From: Psammoneis japonica
Lineage: Eukaryota
Length of the DNA stretch: 51,778 nucleotides
Direction of reading: 5' to 3'
NCBI GenBank assembly: GCA_008632985.1
Contig: QPGO01000025.1
Span: forward strand, 620,001 to 671,778
In this document: positions 1 through 12,676 of the stretch, one piece after another
Position numbering within the stretch: the stretch's first letter is position 1
Layout: every line of letters begins with the position of its first letter
Position numbers and translations under genes: made by a program
The notes under the pieces: model-generated
Database searches by the model: none
Told to the model about the DNA's origin: nothing
The model's input: the letters and a program-made list of their open reading frames with translations, nothing else

Positions 1-1890
1 TGAATGGCTCTTCTGCACCCAAGTTGAAGTCCTGCAGAAGCAGGGAGGCAAGACATGATCACATGAGTGCTTCATGACAAACATCAATTGTGCCTGCAAA
101 ATTGTCATCCGTGTGTCTCGTTGCACTTGCAGCATGGTCATTCACAACAAATGCAAAGACAAGATGAAGAAGCGACACCTCTCTTGCTGAGATGGAAACA
201 GTGTCTCTGGTCTTCAAGCAGCCATTGGGGTGGACTTTTCTCCTGTGTAGTTTCATCAGTGGTGTTGTGCTTGTTGCTTGCATCACTTGGGTTTGCATCT
301 TTGCCAGGAGCATTTTGTGTGTTGCTTGCATCACTTGGGTTCACACCTGAGCTGAAGCTGGGGTGCATTGTCATGGTGAAACCCACCCTCCACAATTTGA
401 AGATGCCACAGCAATGACCCTTCATTGAGTGCAGAATCCCCAAGTGTGAGTGCACAAGAAAGTTGAGGAATCAAAAAGGAAGCTGCACACAACAAGCCAA
501 ACCAAGTTCAATGATCTGTGCAAATGGAAGAAACAACAAAGACAGCAGGCCAAGAGATGCAAAAGCAGACAAGATGCTGCCAAAACCCTTGCCAAAAAAC
601 TGCCCAGGAAATGCTCATGCCCTGATTTGAGCTCCAGCACAAAGAGCGATTCTCTTGGCAATGGACTGTCAAGAGTGTCCCTGTCATGATGGGAGCAGCA
701 TGCACCATGACAAGCCCAACAGGAACCGCAATGAATGTGTTTTCACACTCATTTTCAAAGTGACAAATTTTGATGCTGACCCCACAATGTTTGGGAATCC
801 CTGCACAAGCAAGGGCCAGACTGGCCCCACGAGGCATGCCAACTCGTCCAATCCCGAATTGCTTGAGTTTGTCTTTGCTCAACTGACATGCTGTGGATGA
901 CATGTGCACGAGGGCAAGGAAAAAACTTAAGAAAGGTGCAACAATGCCACACTGGATGAAGGGTGCTTGAGCAGCACAGGTTGCATTTGTTTCCTTTGGT
1001 GCCACATTCCCCTGAGTCCTCTGGCATGGGCAGTGTTGACAGCGACCATGCTGTTGATGATGTGACATCTGTGCAACTCATGGGCTCAGGTGGGAGCATG
1101 CCATGCTGGGCAGTGCTCTTCTTTCTTCAAACCAGCATGTTGTGGGTCATGAACGAAGATCTCTGTGTTGCACTCAATGCAAATGAATCAGCAACTTTGA
1201 GACAGCTGTGCACGAAACACCTTTTGTCCTTGGTGACAAAATGAGCTGGGACAACAGAGCAGACATCTGCACAAATGTGCTGCACTGTCCTGGTTGAAGG
1301 TGCAGTCTTCATCACCTTCTGCAAATGCCCAAGCGATTGACAGACTGACAAAGTTGTGGCACAAGGCGACATTGCCCAACAAAGAAAGAATTTGTTCTGG
1401 ATGCACGCAGCATTCCATTTCCTGACCAGAGAAGTACATTCTGCCTCTCTTGGCTGCAATGGCTGCAACTGTCAGCCCTGATGTTCTTGCAGCCACATGA
1501 AGGACCCACAGCACCAAAGTGGCCTCAAAGAACTTTGAGGCATCCACGCCAAGAGAGAGAGTGCGCAAATGGGCCTCAAACAACTCGCAAGTCGGCACCA
1601 CTCCATCAAACTCATGGATCTCACAACTGTCCTCAAATGCATGGGCTTGCAACAAGACTGATGCAAATCCAGGCATCCCCTGAAACCACCAGCGCAGTTG
1701 GGTCCAAAGAGGCGCAAGAAGCTGAGTGAGCCCCAACTGGTTTTCTTGGCCTCTGTCAGTGAAGAATGGATCAACAGCAGCGTTTGCTTACAAAACCACA
1801 GAAAAACATCTTCAGTCCTGCTCCAAATGCTGCTTTGTAAGTCAGGAGAGGAAAGTGGTGAGCAGAGTCAAACCTCTCAGCTGTCTGGCA
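1..1890. mobile_element. Degenerate repeat/TE-derived block, strongly TpA- and CpG-depleted; family not identifiable
   Basis: Only a handful of TA dinucleotides in about 1.9 kb, with a CA/TG excess. ORFs are Tyr-poor and Cys/His-rich. Same composition as the block holding recognisable Copia elements at 38-45 kb. Short tandem duplication at about 270-345. Confidence 0.55.
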
Positions 1891-2133
1891 CTAGAACAAA
1901 TAAAATGTGCTGGCAGCGTGAAATAGCGCGACCATCTAAACCCGATGGGTAAACCAACTGCGCCAAAATAACCATCGCGAAACTTTCTTCGAACTTTTTA
2001 ATGCAACGGAGAAAAAGGCCCACGCCACGTAGATTTCTACGTGTCGTGTACCACGGCGCCTCCATTGCAGACAATCTCTTCTCGTTCGAACGCTCTCACA
2101 ATTTCTGAATTGCTCGTCAGTTCACGGTCCACC

Positions 2134-3077
2134 ATGAAAATCATGAACTTTGTCCTTGCCATCATTGCCGCCATGAGCGCTGGTGCCATCACCAGCCCAC
2201 TCTTTGCCTCGTTTGTTGATACGGCAAAGCGCTGCGTTAGCGCCTTGTCGATAAAGGCAACCACCACGGCCACCGACAGTTTCGCCACGATCAAACAAGA
2301 GCTCCTACGCAAGCTTTTGGACAATGCGCATCCCTCTGATATCGATACTACCTCCATCTACTACCATCACATCACCAGCAACGCTGATCCAAGCACTGTG
2401 CCTTCGAAAACGCCATCATCATTTCCAGTTTTTGCGTGTATTTCGACGACGGCGACAAGTCTCCGAGTCGCGTCCAAGACCTCCTACGCAATACCACGCC
2501 AGCGATTGTACCAGAAGAAGATGTCAATGAGTATTGTGTCTATGAATATTTAGTACCGGACAACAATGGCGACTCCAACGGCAGCCTCCAGCAACTTTTT
2601 CACAACACTACTCCCGACAGCCCGATTCAACCCAAGTCAGTACCGTTCCAAGATACGTTCCCAATATTTTTGGAGATCAAGTCGGAGATCCAGTCAGCCT
2701 TCTTGTCAGACACCTACAGCATTTTTTTGGAATCCAAGTCGGTAGCGTTTCAACTTTGGTGGAAACTTGTAGACGTAATTTCGAACGACGTCATGACGTA
2801 CCTCAAGACTCAGGCTCGCGTTCTGAAAGAACGCAATATTTTTTGGCCGTTTCGGAACCCAATCTCATCTGACCATCTCTCTGAGATCAAATTGAGCGTT
2901 GGACATTGGGGAAAGAGAGTTTTAGATATGTCAAGGCATTTGATGAACGTTCTTCAAGATTCTGTACCATTTTTGAGACCCCGTGAAGAACCCGAGGACG
3001 CTGCTGAGGTGCCCGCACCTACACTTTCAAGTTGTGCCACAAACCAGATTCGACTTTTGAAATTTCGTATTAAATAA
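2134..3077 (+). CDS. Hypothetical protein with hydrophobic N-terminus; apparent frameshift near 2430 (possible pseudogene)
   Basis: MKIMNFVLAIIAAMSAGA start at 2134 in ORF 2041..2553, overlapped in another frame by ORF 2436..3077. Internal peptide repeats QDLLRNTTP/QQLFHNTTP and IFLEIKS/IFLESKS. Confidence 0.35.
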
Positions 3078-3714
3078 CAGATGGATGGGGGAGCATGCAG
3101 CTGAGGAGTTAGCGAGCCTTGGTATGTATTCTGGGGATATAATGTGTCATTAGTTAGCTTCGAGTGGTGGAAAGTATAGTAAAAATTACAGTATTATGAC
3201 CGTCACTTTTCTAGTTGGCCTTCGCGAATTGAATTCAACGATAGCTGAGAACCTACTTGATGAACGATAATTCAGTAGCTTGGTAGTTTCTATTGTACAA
3301 TAGGAAGAGCTACCAATAGAATACATTATCTCTAAAATGTACTGTGTACTCTAGCCTCTAGCTAGCTGCAGAGAGAGAGAGAGCTGCCTTCTTTCCGCAA
3401 ATGTACGCAACGATATGGTGCGGAGCATCGAGGATAGAGAGGCCTCAAAGTCCACAAAAGAAGGGGCAAAAACAAATGTAAGCTTGCGCAATTAGCATCG
3501 CCATCAAACGAAACAGAGAAACTGAGTTCCAAAATTGAGGAAGCAGAACACCTCTCTGGCCGGAGTGAATCGATAGTAGACGTTTCCCGTTTTCATTTCT
3601 TCGGACCATTCCCTGTTTGTGGATTCAATTGTTCAACAGAAACGGACGCTGTGCAACCTAGTGCAAGACATGACGGATACAGGACGCTAGTAGTGTCTGC
3701 CGTGCACTAATGTG

Positions 3715-6245
3715 ATTGAACGGAAGGTACTCACAATCAATTGGGTCGGATCTCGGCGCTAGTGGCCTGGCGTTCAATCACGCGATGCGTGGAATCCAAA
3801 GCTTGGTCCAATTCGTCCAACAAGTAGAACGGGATCACAACGTTGAATGGCAAAGGTCAACGCCATGGCTACCAAGCCTCTTGTCCACCCGACAATTGCG
3901 ACATGATGTTGCTCTCATTCACGGCAGAAATCCGAAACTTAATACCGATTCCTCGGAACATGGGATGCAAGAGTTCCGAGCGCAGCTCCTCGTTTTCCTT
4001 TCGCGACTCAACCAGCTTGACCTCGACGTCTTGATTAATACGACGAGATTCGTCCAACTCCAACTGCCGTTACTTGAGAGTCTCTTGATCCCGCGGACTG
4101 GCATCGTCGCCGCTCCGAGCGACAGCCTTGGTTCGTTTGAGCGATTCATCACGCTGCTTGTACAGATTGTATTCCCAAAACCGTCAATCCCTGACGCCCC
4201 ACACCGAGCTCATCGACAACTCCCCCCTGTCGTCGTAGCTCTCGGAAAGGTCCTGCTACAAGGCCTTCGCTCTTGGAGCGTCGCACGCTGCTCATCCGAA
4301 AGGGTGGCGGTACGTTCGGTTTTCATTTCTTCTTGCAACCGCTCCACCTGCTTGTCCATAGACTACTGTCCACGTCGCGTTCCAACGCCGGGATATCCGT
4401 TTTTCGCTGTTCTTCCGCTAGTAGTAGAGTGGTGTACGAGGCAATATCGTGCTGCAGCGTTTCAGCCTTGAGTTCCAAATCGGCCAAAATGTGCTTGAGA
4501 TCGGCTTGTTTGGCTTCCAACCGCTGCACCTCGCTCATGAGATTGGTGGCGGTTTGATCAATCTCTTGCGCCTTCTTCTTTGCAACCTGACACTCCTTCC
4601 CGTTTGCTATAGAGACATTTTGGCCTGAACATGCGTAATATAAGGTGTGCGCGAAAGCGGCTCTTTCGAAAATGGACATAGCCGCCCGTCAAGGCTCCCT
4701 TGCGGCCGCACAAGTCACCCTCTAAGGTAACGGCATCCATTTTGCACCGCGTGCTCCAGGTCGAAGCGACATCGACGCCGCGAGCCAAGAGTTTCTTGGC
4801 AAAGACATGATGCATGGCCGCGTCGACTTTAGGGTCGTAACTTATACATGTGTTTTGAACAGAGGCGGAGCATCGGGACCGTCGAGGGTTGACGGGTTCC
4901 TTCACGAGGCGGTCAAGTGGCAAAAAAGTGACGCGGCCGAGCTTGTCCTGTTCGAGCCGCTTTATGAGGGTCGCTGCCGTGGCGTCCGTATCGACAACGA
5001 CATGAAAGAGCGAATACTGCGGCGCCACTTCAAGCGCCTTTAGGTACTTTTCGTGGATAAGCTGCATACTTTTGTAATATAGTTCCAAGATAGTGCCGTC
5101 CGTGTTGGATCGAGGCTTGCTGGTGCAACACCTTGTGTTCGAGCGCATCCAAAACAAAAGATGTGCAGTGGCGCGGGGAGTGGCCTCGCGCAAATCGCCC
5201 AGCGTCTTGCGTACCGCTTCGCGTCCCTCTTGAACCTGTTCTTGCCATTCTTTCGACTTGCGCCACTCTTCGAGGGGTTCATCAAGGAGTTCCAAACTTC
5301 TTTTTGTCTCACGACTTGATCAAGGATTGCATGAGGATAGTCTTTTGCGTAATTTCCTGTTGCGCCAGTTTCTCGAGCGTCTTGTTATCCGCCTCAGTCT
5401 TGCGTTGGTGCGATCCAAGCTTCTTGTCTTGGAGCTTGTCCATTTGGAGTAGCCTTTTCCGATTTCGCGGTTTCCAGTTCTTGTACATGAGACTTTAGGT
5501 GTTCGTCTGGCGCCTCGCGGGTTGCAAACTGCTTGGTTCGTCCCTGCTTGGCGTTCGGACTCTCCACGCGGTTTTTGGCCTCGCCCCGTTCCGTCGTGTA
5601 GTGCGTCAATAGCTCCACGGCCGCATCGTACCTGGGGGGAATGTCCTTTTCGAGCTTGTCTTGAGCTTGTGCGATTTCGCGTCCCAGTTTTTCAAGAGCT
5701 TTTGTGAATTGTTTCTGAATTTCCGTATCGGTGATACGGCTCTCTTGCAGTTCCTTACAAGACAATCCGAGTTGCGTTTCCGTCGTGGTGGCATGCGTCT
5801 TGTCTTGCTCAAGCTGCTCCATGAGAATCCGATTCCGCCGCAATGCATTGGCTTTTGACTTCAATTGCGAATGCCATTGTGTGCCACCTTGGCTTCTTTA
5901 TGCAGCTACGCCAGTGCTTCGGACCCTTCAGCTCGCAAATGCTCAATGGTGTCCAGGTCTTGTCTTGCCCGACGCAATTCCAAATCGTACAAGGTGTACT
6001 CCATAGCGCGTCAATCCCGATCGAGTCGCTGGTACTGCGCCACTGCAATTTTCTCAATCGAGCGCGTGTTTTCTTGCATTTTCGCCAACGACACTGCCTT
6101 TTTCTCATCATAGTCGTCCCCGCCACTTGTTTGAGCAGAGCAATCCGTTCGCCGTAACTCATGGTACAGAGCGCGTGTACTTTGCCCTGTTGTACAATGA
6201 AGTACAGATTCGACTTGGAAAAACCAGCGCCCTCCAACAGGCTGC
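3715..6245 (-). pseudogene. SMC3: Fragmented cohesin SMC3 copy with several frameshifts and large internal deletions
   Basis: N-terminal LLEGAGFSKSNLYFIVQQGKV...ERIALLKQVAGT; hinge LFHVVVDTD...LGRVTFLPLDRL...VTLEGD...KGALTGGY; C-terminal head MSQLSGGQ, LVAMALTFAIQRCDP / FYLLDELDQALD and QLIVSTFR. These motifs lie in different frames. No Walker A segment found. Confidence 0.88.
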
Positions 6246-6678
6246 AATTCTTTTCTACCTCCAAGATGAACAAGAATACCAGGATCAGCGCCGGATATCT
6301 CAGCGTTATGAATACAATACACTTAAATTTCTGTATAGTTGGTAGAAAACGGAACCACCGAAATGAGACGTAGCGTAGGTGTATTTGAGGCAGCTCATCT
6401 CTGGTGTCGAGAGAGGAAGTTGCTGCGGACGAGTTGGTGATTTGACCAGCCGATCAGGCCGGCAAAAGTCGAAAAGTGTCAAGGATTCCTGCGTCTTGGA
6501 GACGGTGGGCAAAGACACACATGCGCAACACGCAACACCACCCATTGTCGCATAACAATAGAATCGGTTCTTTTCCACGAAAGAAAAACTGCCGTACAGA
6601 ACGAGTTCGCTGCGGCGCCTATGTACTGCCATTCCTTTGCCCAGTTGCCATCGTCATCTTGAACTCGACAACACGTCT

Positions 6679-7230
6679 TCATTCTGTATTCGACATAGTA
6701 TTCTCTTTTGCAGTCACGGCTTTGAACGATTCCCAGCAAGAAGGTACATTATATAGGAAAATCTCATTCTGACTCGCATTAGATGGTTTCCATCCCGGAA
6801 TCTCAAATACTTCCGAGACAACAACACTCCCAGGTTTGAGTTCTGCTTGTAGCTTCTCTCTCAGATCAAGCATCATAGGGTTCAATCCGTAGACAACAAC
6901 CACGTCAAAACCAGAAACATCAACTTTCCATAGATCGCGCAAGGCAAACCTAGTCGACGACCAATAAGTCGGAGCTTGGATACATCGTCCCGTAGAGCCC
7001 AAAGATGCAGCACTTTGCACAGGACAAAACAATACGCAAATTCAGTGATCGTTGTGAGTGTGTCACTCCCCGTACTGTATAGCCACAGCTTCAAATCTCT
7101 AGAAAGGACTGGAAATCAAAGACACTCACAGGGATTTATTTCGTATCCAACGCCAACGAAACCCTCTCGAGCTGCTCGAAAGACAACTCGACCGTCACCG
7201 CTGCCAAGGTGAACAAGCTTCAATTTTTCA
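6679..7230 (-). pseudogene. FAM173/ATPSCKMT-ANTKMT-like lysine methyltransferase with a frameshift
   Basis: [20 protein letters not shown]...GYEINP (about 7130-7220), then a GT-AG intron, then LRDLWKVDVSGFDVVVVYGLNPMM...KLQAELKPGSVVVSEVFEIPGWKP. The frame breaks near 6990. The 5' end is not resolved. Confidence 0.7.
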
Positions 7231-9116
7231 CCCCGAGAATTCTTTGAAGATACGGCGCTCCCCTACCATTAATAATAGGAGGAAGGCTGAGAAGAATTCC
7301 CAGATTGAGGAGAAAGGCACTTCCGAGAACAGCTGCAAAGACCGGGTGCATTCCAACTCTAAAAAAAAAAAGCTCCAGAATATTCAACCATCTACCATCT
7401 CGAGCGGTTTTTTGGATTCGTCTTTCATTTTTTAGAATCTACCTCGAGATACTGCAGTCGCAGGAAATCGATGTCTACGCAATAGAGGAGTTGAGAGAGT
7501 TGTCGAGAGTCGAGGCAGAGTACTGTAGTTGTAAGCTTGTAATGAAGTGACATCGCATGAGAGGGCATGCAGCATGGAGGTGGCCAGCCGCAGCTTTCCG
7601 TCCCAGCTCCATGATGCCACGTGTAAAAATTAACCCCCCGTTTTTAACCAAATACCCACCTCGATCGACTAACAATATACAGATACGAAGTTCATGACCC
7701 TTTTTGGGGCCTAGAATGGGGGTGAACGTTAGTTACTAACCAATCACTGAAAATCGTCCCTCGTACTTGCCCGTGTAATAAAGGTGCTCCACGAAAAGTT
7801 GGTTCTATTTTGAAATACCAGATACCATGAACAATACATACCTATTACATTCTCGCAAGACATCGGTTTAATGAGGATGAGACCGATAATGCTCATATCT
7901 TGTGTATTTTGTTGCTCTAGCAGGGGTCAAAGTCTAGCTAAAACTTCCAAAAAAATCGAGTCGAGTGGGTCATACGGGATTCAAGACACGTGACTCGCTG
8001 TACAGTACGATGAAGTGAAATTGACCCGTTCTCGACACCGAGATTAGATGATAACATCATCACAAACCGATTTTATGGCAATGTTCTACTTTCTAATTTG
8101 TCTTTGACCTCGTGACAACTAAAAAAATGGGTGAAGCAATCCACGAATACTCATTCACAAGCCACACTTTTCTATTTTCAGATTTGACATTTGTGTCTTT
8201 GCGATCAATCTAGAGTATATACAAGCCAGGAAGGAGCTCTATTCACTATTATTTATCATTCTATAGAAGAACAGCATCAGAATATTTTGTCAACCATGTT
8301 TGACTGCTTTTTTTCTTGAACCGTACGCCAACTTCATTCTTCATTTTCACTCTCATCCGCCCGACTCTCTCCCATTCAAGAATACTTGGCTGAATGCATT
8401 ACAGTTGCTTTATCAAAGTCTTCAAAAATAATCGCCTGGTCAATACCATTAGTCAAATGGGTTTGACGATATGACGACGACGTTATATTCGTCGATGTGC
8501 TCATGCTAGGAAAGACAACAAGAATTGGCTGCATCCGCAAGAAAGTTGAGTGAGACAACAAGTGGTGAGCCTTGGATACATTGATAGCACCATTTTGATT
8601 TTCAATTTACTTGCCTTTTTAAAAACTCGGACTTTAACTCAGTGGGTGCCGAATATCCGGCAAATGGTGAGTTGATGCGTCGTCTGCATGCAACATGGCG
8701 TCACGAACGGGTGCAACGGTATGTTTGCATAAAACTCGACTATCCGCCGTTATCTGATGGTCCCTTTACAACCCCAAACGAAAGATAGTGTAATAAACCT
8801 GCTGTAGTAATGGGACTAGAAACGACGATTGTTTAGACACCTTATCTACCGCGTCAATGTCATCGTCGGCTCCGGCGGTTTTTTGACAAGTTCTCCGTGT
8901 TGTCACCGCGGTGATGGTCTGTACGCTCATCCGGAGCGCGCCTGCCATGCCAGTTTGAAGTTACTTAAGGCCTGGGTCTCATAGCAGCGCGCAGCGCAGC
9001 GAGCATCGCATATCATCCATCATTTCATCCATGTCCCATGTCAGCGCCAAATGCCAAATTACTTCTATCATCACTAGAACTGTTGTATTAGACTGTTTAA
9101 AACATAGGGAACAAGC

Positions 9117-9692
9117 ATGGCATCGACTTCTGCCCAAAAGATTGGCACGTTCGTCACAGCTTTGGCTGCAAAGCAACCGACACCAGGAGGTGGCGCAGCG
9201 GCAGCCGTTGGGGCGGCCGTCGGGGCTTCTGCGGCTTCCATGGCAGCGGCGTATACACAGAGAAAAAAAGACAAGGAGAGTGGCGCAGCAGAAAAGGCAG
9301 AATCTCTTATCAAGAATCTGGACTTGGAGAAATTGCTGAATGCAGCAGATGACGATGCAGCTGCGTATGCAGATCTTCAACGAAGTTGGAAAGATACCGA
9401 AATGACAGCCACCGAAAAAGAAGAGATCGAGGCGCGGGCTTTAGCTGTACCGGTGTCCCTTGTCGAGCTTTGCCACGAGTATGTTCTATCTATCCAGACC
9501 TTTTTGCCACACTGCAATCCCAACATTAAATCCGATGCTAAAGTAGGAATCCATCAATTGGCAGGTGCTGCACGAGCTGCATATCAGACAGCACTTGTGA
9601 ACTCACCGCCTTCGCAAGAGCGGGACCGTCTCCGCGGTCTATTAAGGGAAATTCGAGATGTAGAAGAGGAGCTGCTTGAACTTAACGATTAA
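9117..9692 (+). CDS. Stand-alone formiminotransferase-cyclodeaminase C-terminal (FTCD_C) / methenyl-THF cyclohydrolase family protein
   Basis: FVTALAAKQPTPGGGAAAAVGAA, DDDAAAY, ALAVP and NPNIKSDAKVG motifs. Intact, intronless 191-aa ORF. Confidence 0.8.
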   Translation: MASTSAQKIGTFVTALAAKQPTPGGGAAAAVGAAVGASAASMAAAYTQRKKDKESGAAEKAESLIKNLDLEKLLNAADDDAAAYADLQRSWKDTEMTATEKEEIEARALAVPVSLVELCHEYVLSIQTFLPHCNPNIKSDAKVGIHQLAGAARAAYQTALVNSPPSQERDRLRGLLREIRDVEEELLELND

Positions 9693-9929
9693 ATTCCGTT
9701 ATCATGTTAACATCCTCCTTTCAGTTGCGTTGTTGGCGTCAGTCTAGGGCTCTGGAGCGACTAAACAGAACTGAAGATCGAAACACAGTTCAAAGAAGCT
9801 TTTGCAAATGCGAGCGTCGTTGTCCAACTATCGAGTGATAGTCCTTTATACAAAATAATTTGCGTGCGAGAAAAGGCCCAGATAGATGAGGGGGTGGTGA
9901 CGGCTTTTAGGGCCCTAGTGGTAAACTTC

Positions 9930-12061
9930 TCATTTGGATCCGTAGTCATAAAGTGATGTCTTCTTGTGAGATCTTGGAATGGGGATACCCCATTGGCGAA
10001 GAGACTGCACAGGCTCGGATTCAGTCATTTCGACTTGATGTCTGTAAGAGGTAGGTGATTCAGCGGTTGAAGAAATTGAAGAAGCCTCATCCCCGTGATC
10101 GTCGTCTACTGGTTCGCCCACACCAAAGTCTCTGATTACACACGGGAAAACATATCTCGTTTCTGCGAATACAAAACATGTAGTGCATTGCAATAATAAT
10201 GAGAGGATTCGTTCACAAGGGCTTTTCAATAAGGCGGTGGCATTACACTTACCGAAATCGAAAAGGTAGCCACCAGGAGTACCTTCCCTGTAGTTCGTCT
10301 TCATGTATTTATCTTCGTCAACATTCATTTCAATGTTGAGTGCTTTCAACACGACTTCTGTCGTGCCGCCAAGTACAAAGACAGTCAACAGAACAATCAT
10401 CATGGTCGTCATGATAAATTCTTCCGAGTGACCAAAGGTATCCGGGAATTTCCGAGCACAAGCATACGCAACTGCGCCACGTAAACCGCTGAACCATAGC
10501 ATGTTGGCGGTGCTCGACCGAATCTTCAAATCGGCGTGCTGAGGGAGAGTGGCAGTGGCGTCGCTCACAGTGCTAGGGCTTGCCTTGATGGCGGTGGAAT
10601 CCTGCTCTTGTGGAGGCGATTCATGAAGATTCTGCAGCATTTCAATGTTTCCTTCGTCAGAGTCGTTCAAACGGGAGCGAAAGTCCAACCTATCCAATCC
10701 TTCTCGGCTCAGTGTTAGATTGAAGAAGAATGCGATAGGGTACACGTTCAAAGCTCTTCCAACCAAGCAGGCAAATAGCGACCACAGGACGAATCTCCAA
10801 TGTAGAACACCAAACCCAGAAACTCCAAACACACTCATTCCAAGATCCAGGAAGATACTTGTTTCGGCGAGATGCGCTGCCAGTCGAAAGAATACGTCAG
10901 CATTCGCCTCGGTTTCGGGAGAAAGATTCGGAACAGCATACCGCCGAGCAGCAACACCAGTAAATAGAATAGTCACAATTCCCGAGAAGCGCAAGACCTC
11001 GGCCAGCAGAAACGGCACATACATTATGAGAATGTAAAGACACAGCTCCAGCAACCGAGTTTCCCTCATGTCAATATTTTTCAACAAGAACGCGGCACCA
11101 ATTCCACTAATGACTCCCAGACATAGTGATCCTACCGAATCCCAAATGAAATCAAACATAAGCTCAAAGATTCCGAGCGTCACCTTTCCAAAACCATTGT
11201 CCCGCTGAACAAACTTGGCAAACGAATTGAAAAGAACAAGCCCAACAGCATCGTTCATGACGCTCTCTCCAAATACGAGATAAAAGAGTTGTGGATCAAC
11301 CCGTTTTGCCTGAAAAACAGCAAGGGTTGATACTGGATCTGTTGCCGAGATGAGAGCTCCGAATGTCAAAAGCTCGGTGAATGTAGGTTGAAATGGCCCA
11401 GTCAATCCCATACCATCCACAAATCCCAATATTCCAGCGATTGAAAGTGCCGAAATAAGAGTCCCCAGGCATGCAAACAAGAGAATCGGAGTAATGTGTC
11501 GAAAGAATAATTCTTCTCAATTCAAAAGCATAAACAATTGGCGTGAGATCAATACATTATAGTCACACGTGCCCAATTCACAGCTCACAGCAGCCATACC
11601 TCGTCGAATGTGGTATCCTGAATTGAAGATGATGGGAGGGAGAAGCGCAATGAAAAAGACATTCGGTGAAAAGGAGAGCAGACTGTTGGCTACCGTCTGG
11701 TTTGAATCGTCATCATCGCCTTCACCTCCAGCTTGGTTATTGTCCTCATCGGAAGCAAAGAGACTTGCAATTGACCCGGTTATTATTCCTACTAGAAGGA
11801 CCATACCGGCCTCTGGAAGGAAAGATGACAACCTAGGACGGTCATGAAGTAGTTTCTAAAGTTCAGAAGCGAAGTGTCAGTGATGTTATTTTGACGAATG
11901 CTCTTACAAAAGAGCATCAACAGCACATGATCTACCGGTAGCAGGATGAAACGAGGCGAACTCACGCTGAGGACTAAAACAAGCGCCAAAAGGGAAGAGA
12001 AGACGACGAAGTATATCGATATGCCTTGCTCTGTGTCGAATATGCTTCTACTAGCCGGCAT
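9930..12061 (-). CDS. Na+/H+ exchanger, CPA1 (NHE/NHX) family, multi-exon
   Basis: FLPEAG, FSPNVFFIALLPPIIFNSGY, FGALISATDPVSTLAVF, LVFGESVMNDAVGLVLF and WFSGLRGAVAYA. GT-AG introns near 11860-11965, 11515-11598 and 10165-10250. Confidence 0.93.
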
Positions 12062-12676
12062 TGTTTCGTGGTGCCACGCTACGAGAGGTTGTCATTGCCG
12101 TGATGTGTCGTTTGCTTGTGAGAATTTTCATGTGGAATGCCGGCGTCAAAATCAATGTACAGTTCTGGAGGCTTTTGTAATCTTCTCAACGGTTGTTGCT
12201 TCTTCGAAAAGCACTGGTGCCTACAATTTGTAGAGTTTTGATGGACCGATACCAGTAGAGGTCGACGATAGACTCTCCATACCGGTGAGTAGTCTATCTA
12301 CTGTCTGTAGAGAGAGAGAGAGAGACTACGTACGTTACAGGTCGTGATTCTTCCAGTTTCGTAGTTTCCGGCTAGTAGATAGAGTTCGAGAAAGAGAGAG
12401 CAACGTTCAATAGAGAGATTTCTCTATGGAACTCTAGACCGTTGATGTGTCCACAAAGAAGTCACGAACTCTTCAATGCAATTCGCGACTGATTTTTCGA
12501 GGAATAAAGAGTGTAACAAATAAAGTAGTGTGAATTCCTATTACATTTGGCTAGAATGTGAAGCACGCAGCCCTGACGACTGTACTCAGCTTGAGTAAGG
12601 TGAGAATCAACGTGTTAGCTACACCGGTGTGCAGGTTTCTGAATTTGGCTGGCACTTCACTGTGACACCTGACGCA

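Noticed and set aside
3716..4471. 251-aa plus-strand ORF
   Set aside because: Antisense shadow of the SMC3 pseudogene; no recognisable motifs.
7620..8650. AT-rich intergenic stretch that might be a DNA transposon remnant
   Set aside because: No convincing terminal repeats, TSD or coding motif found by eye.
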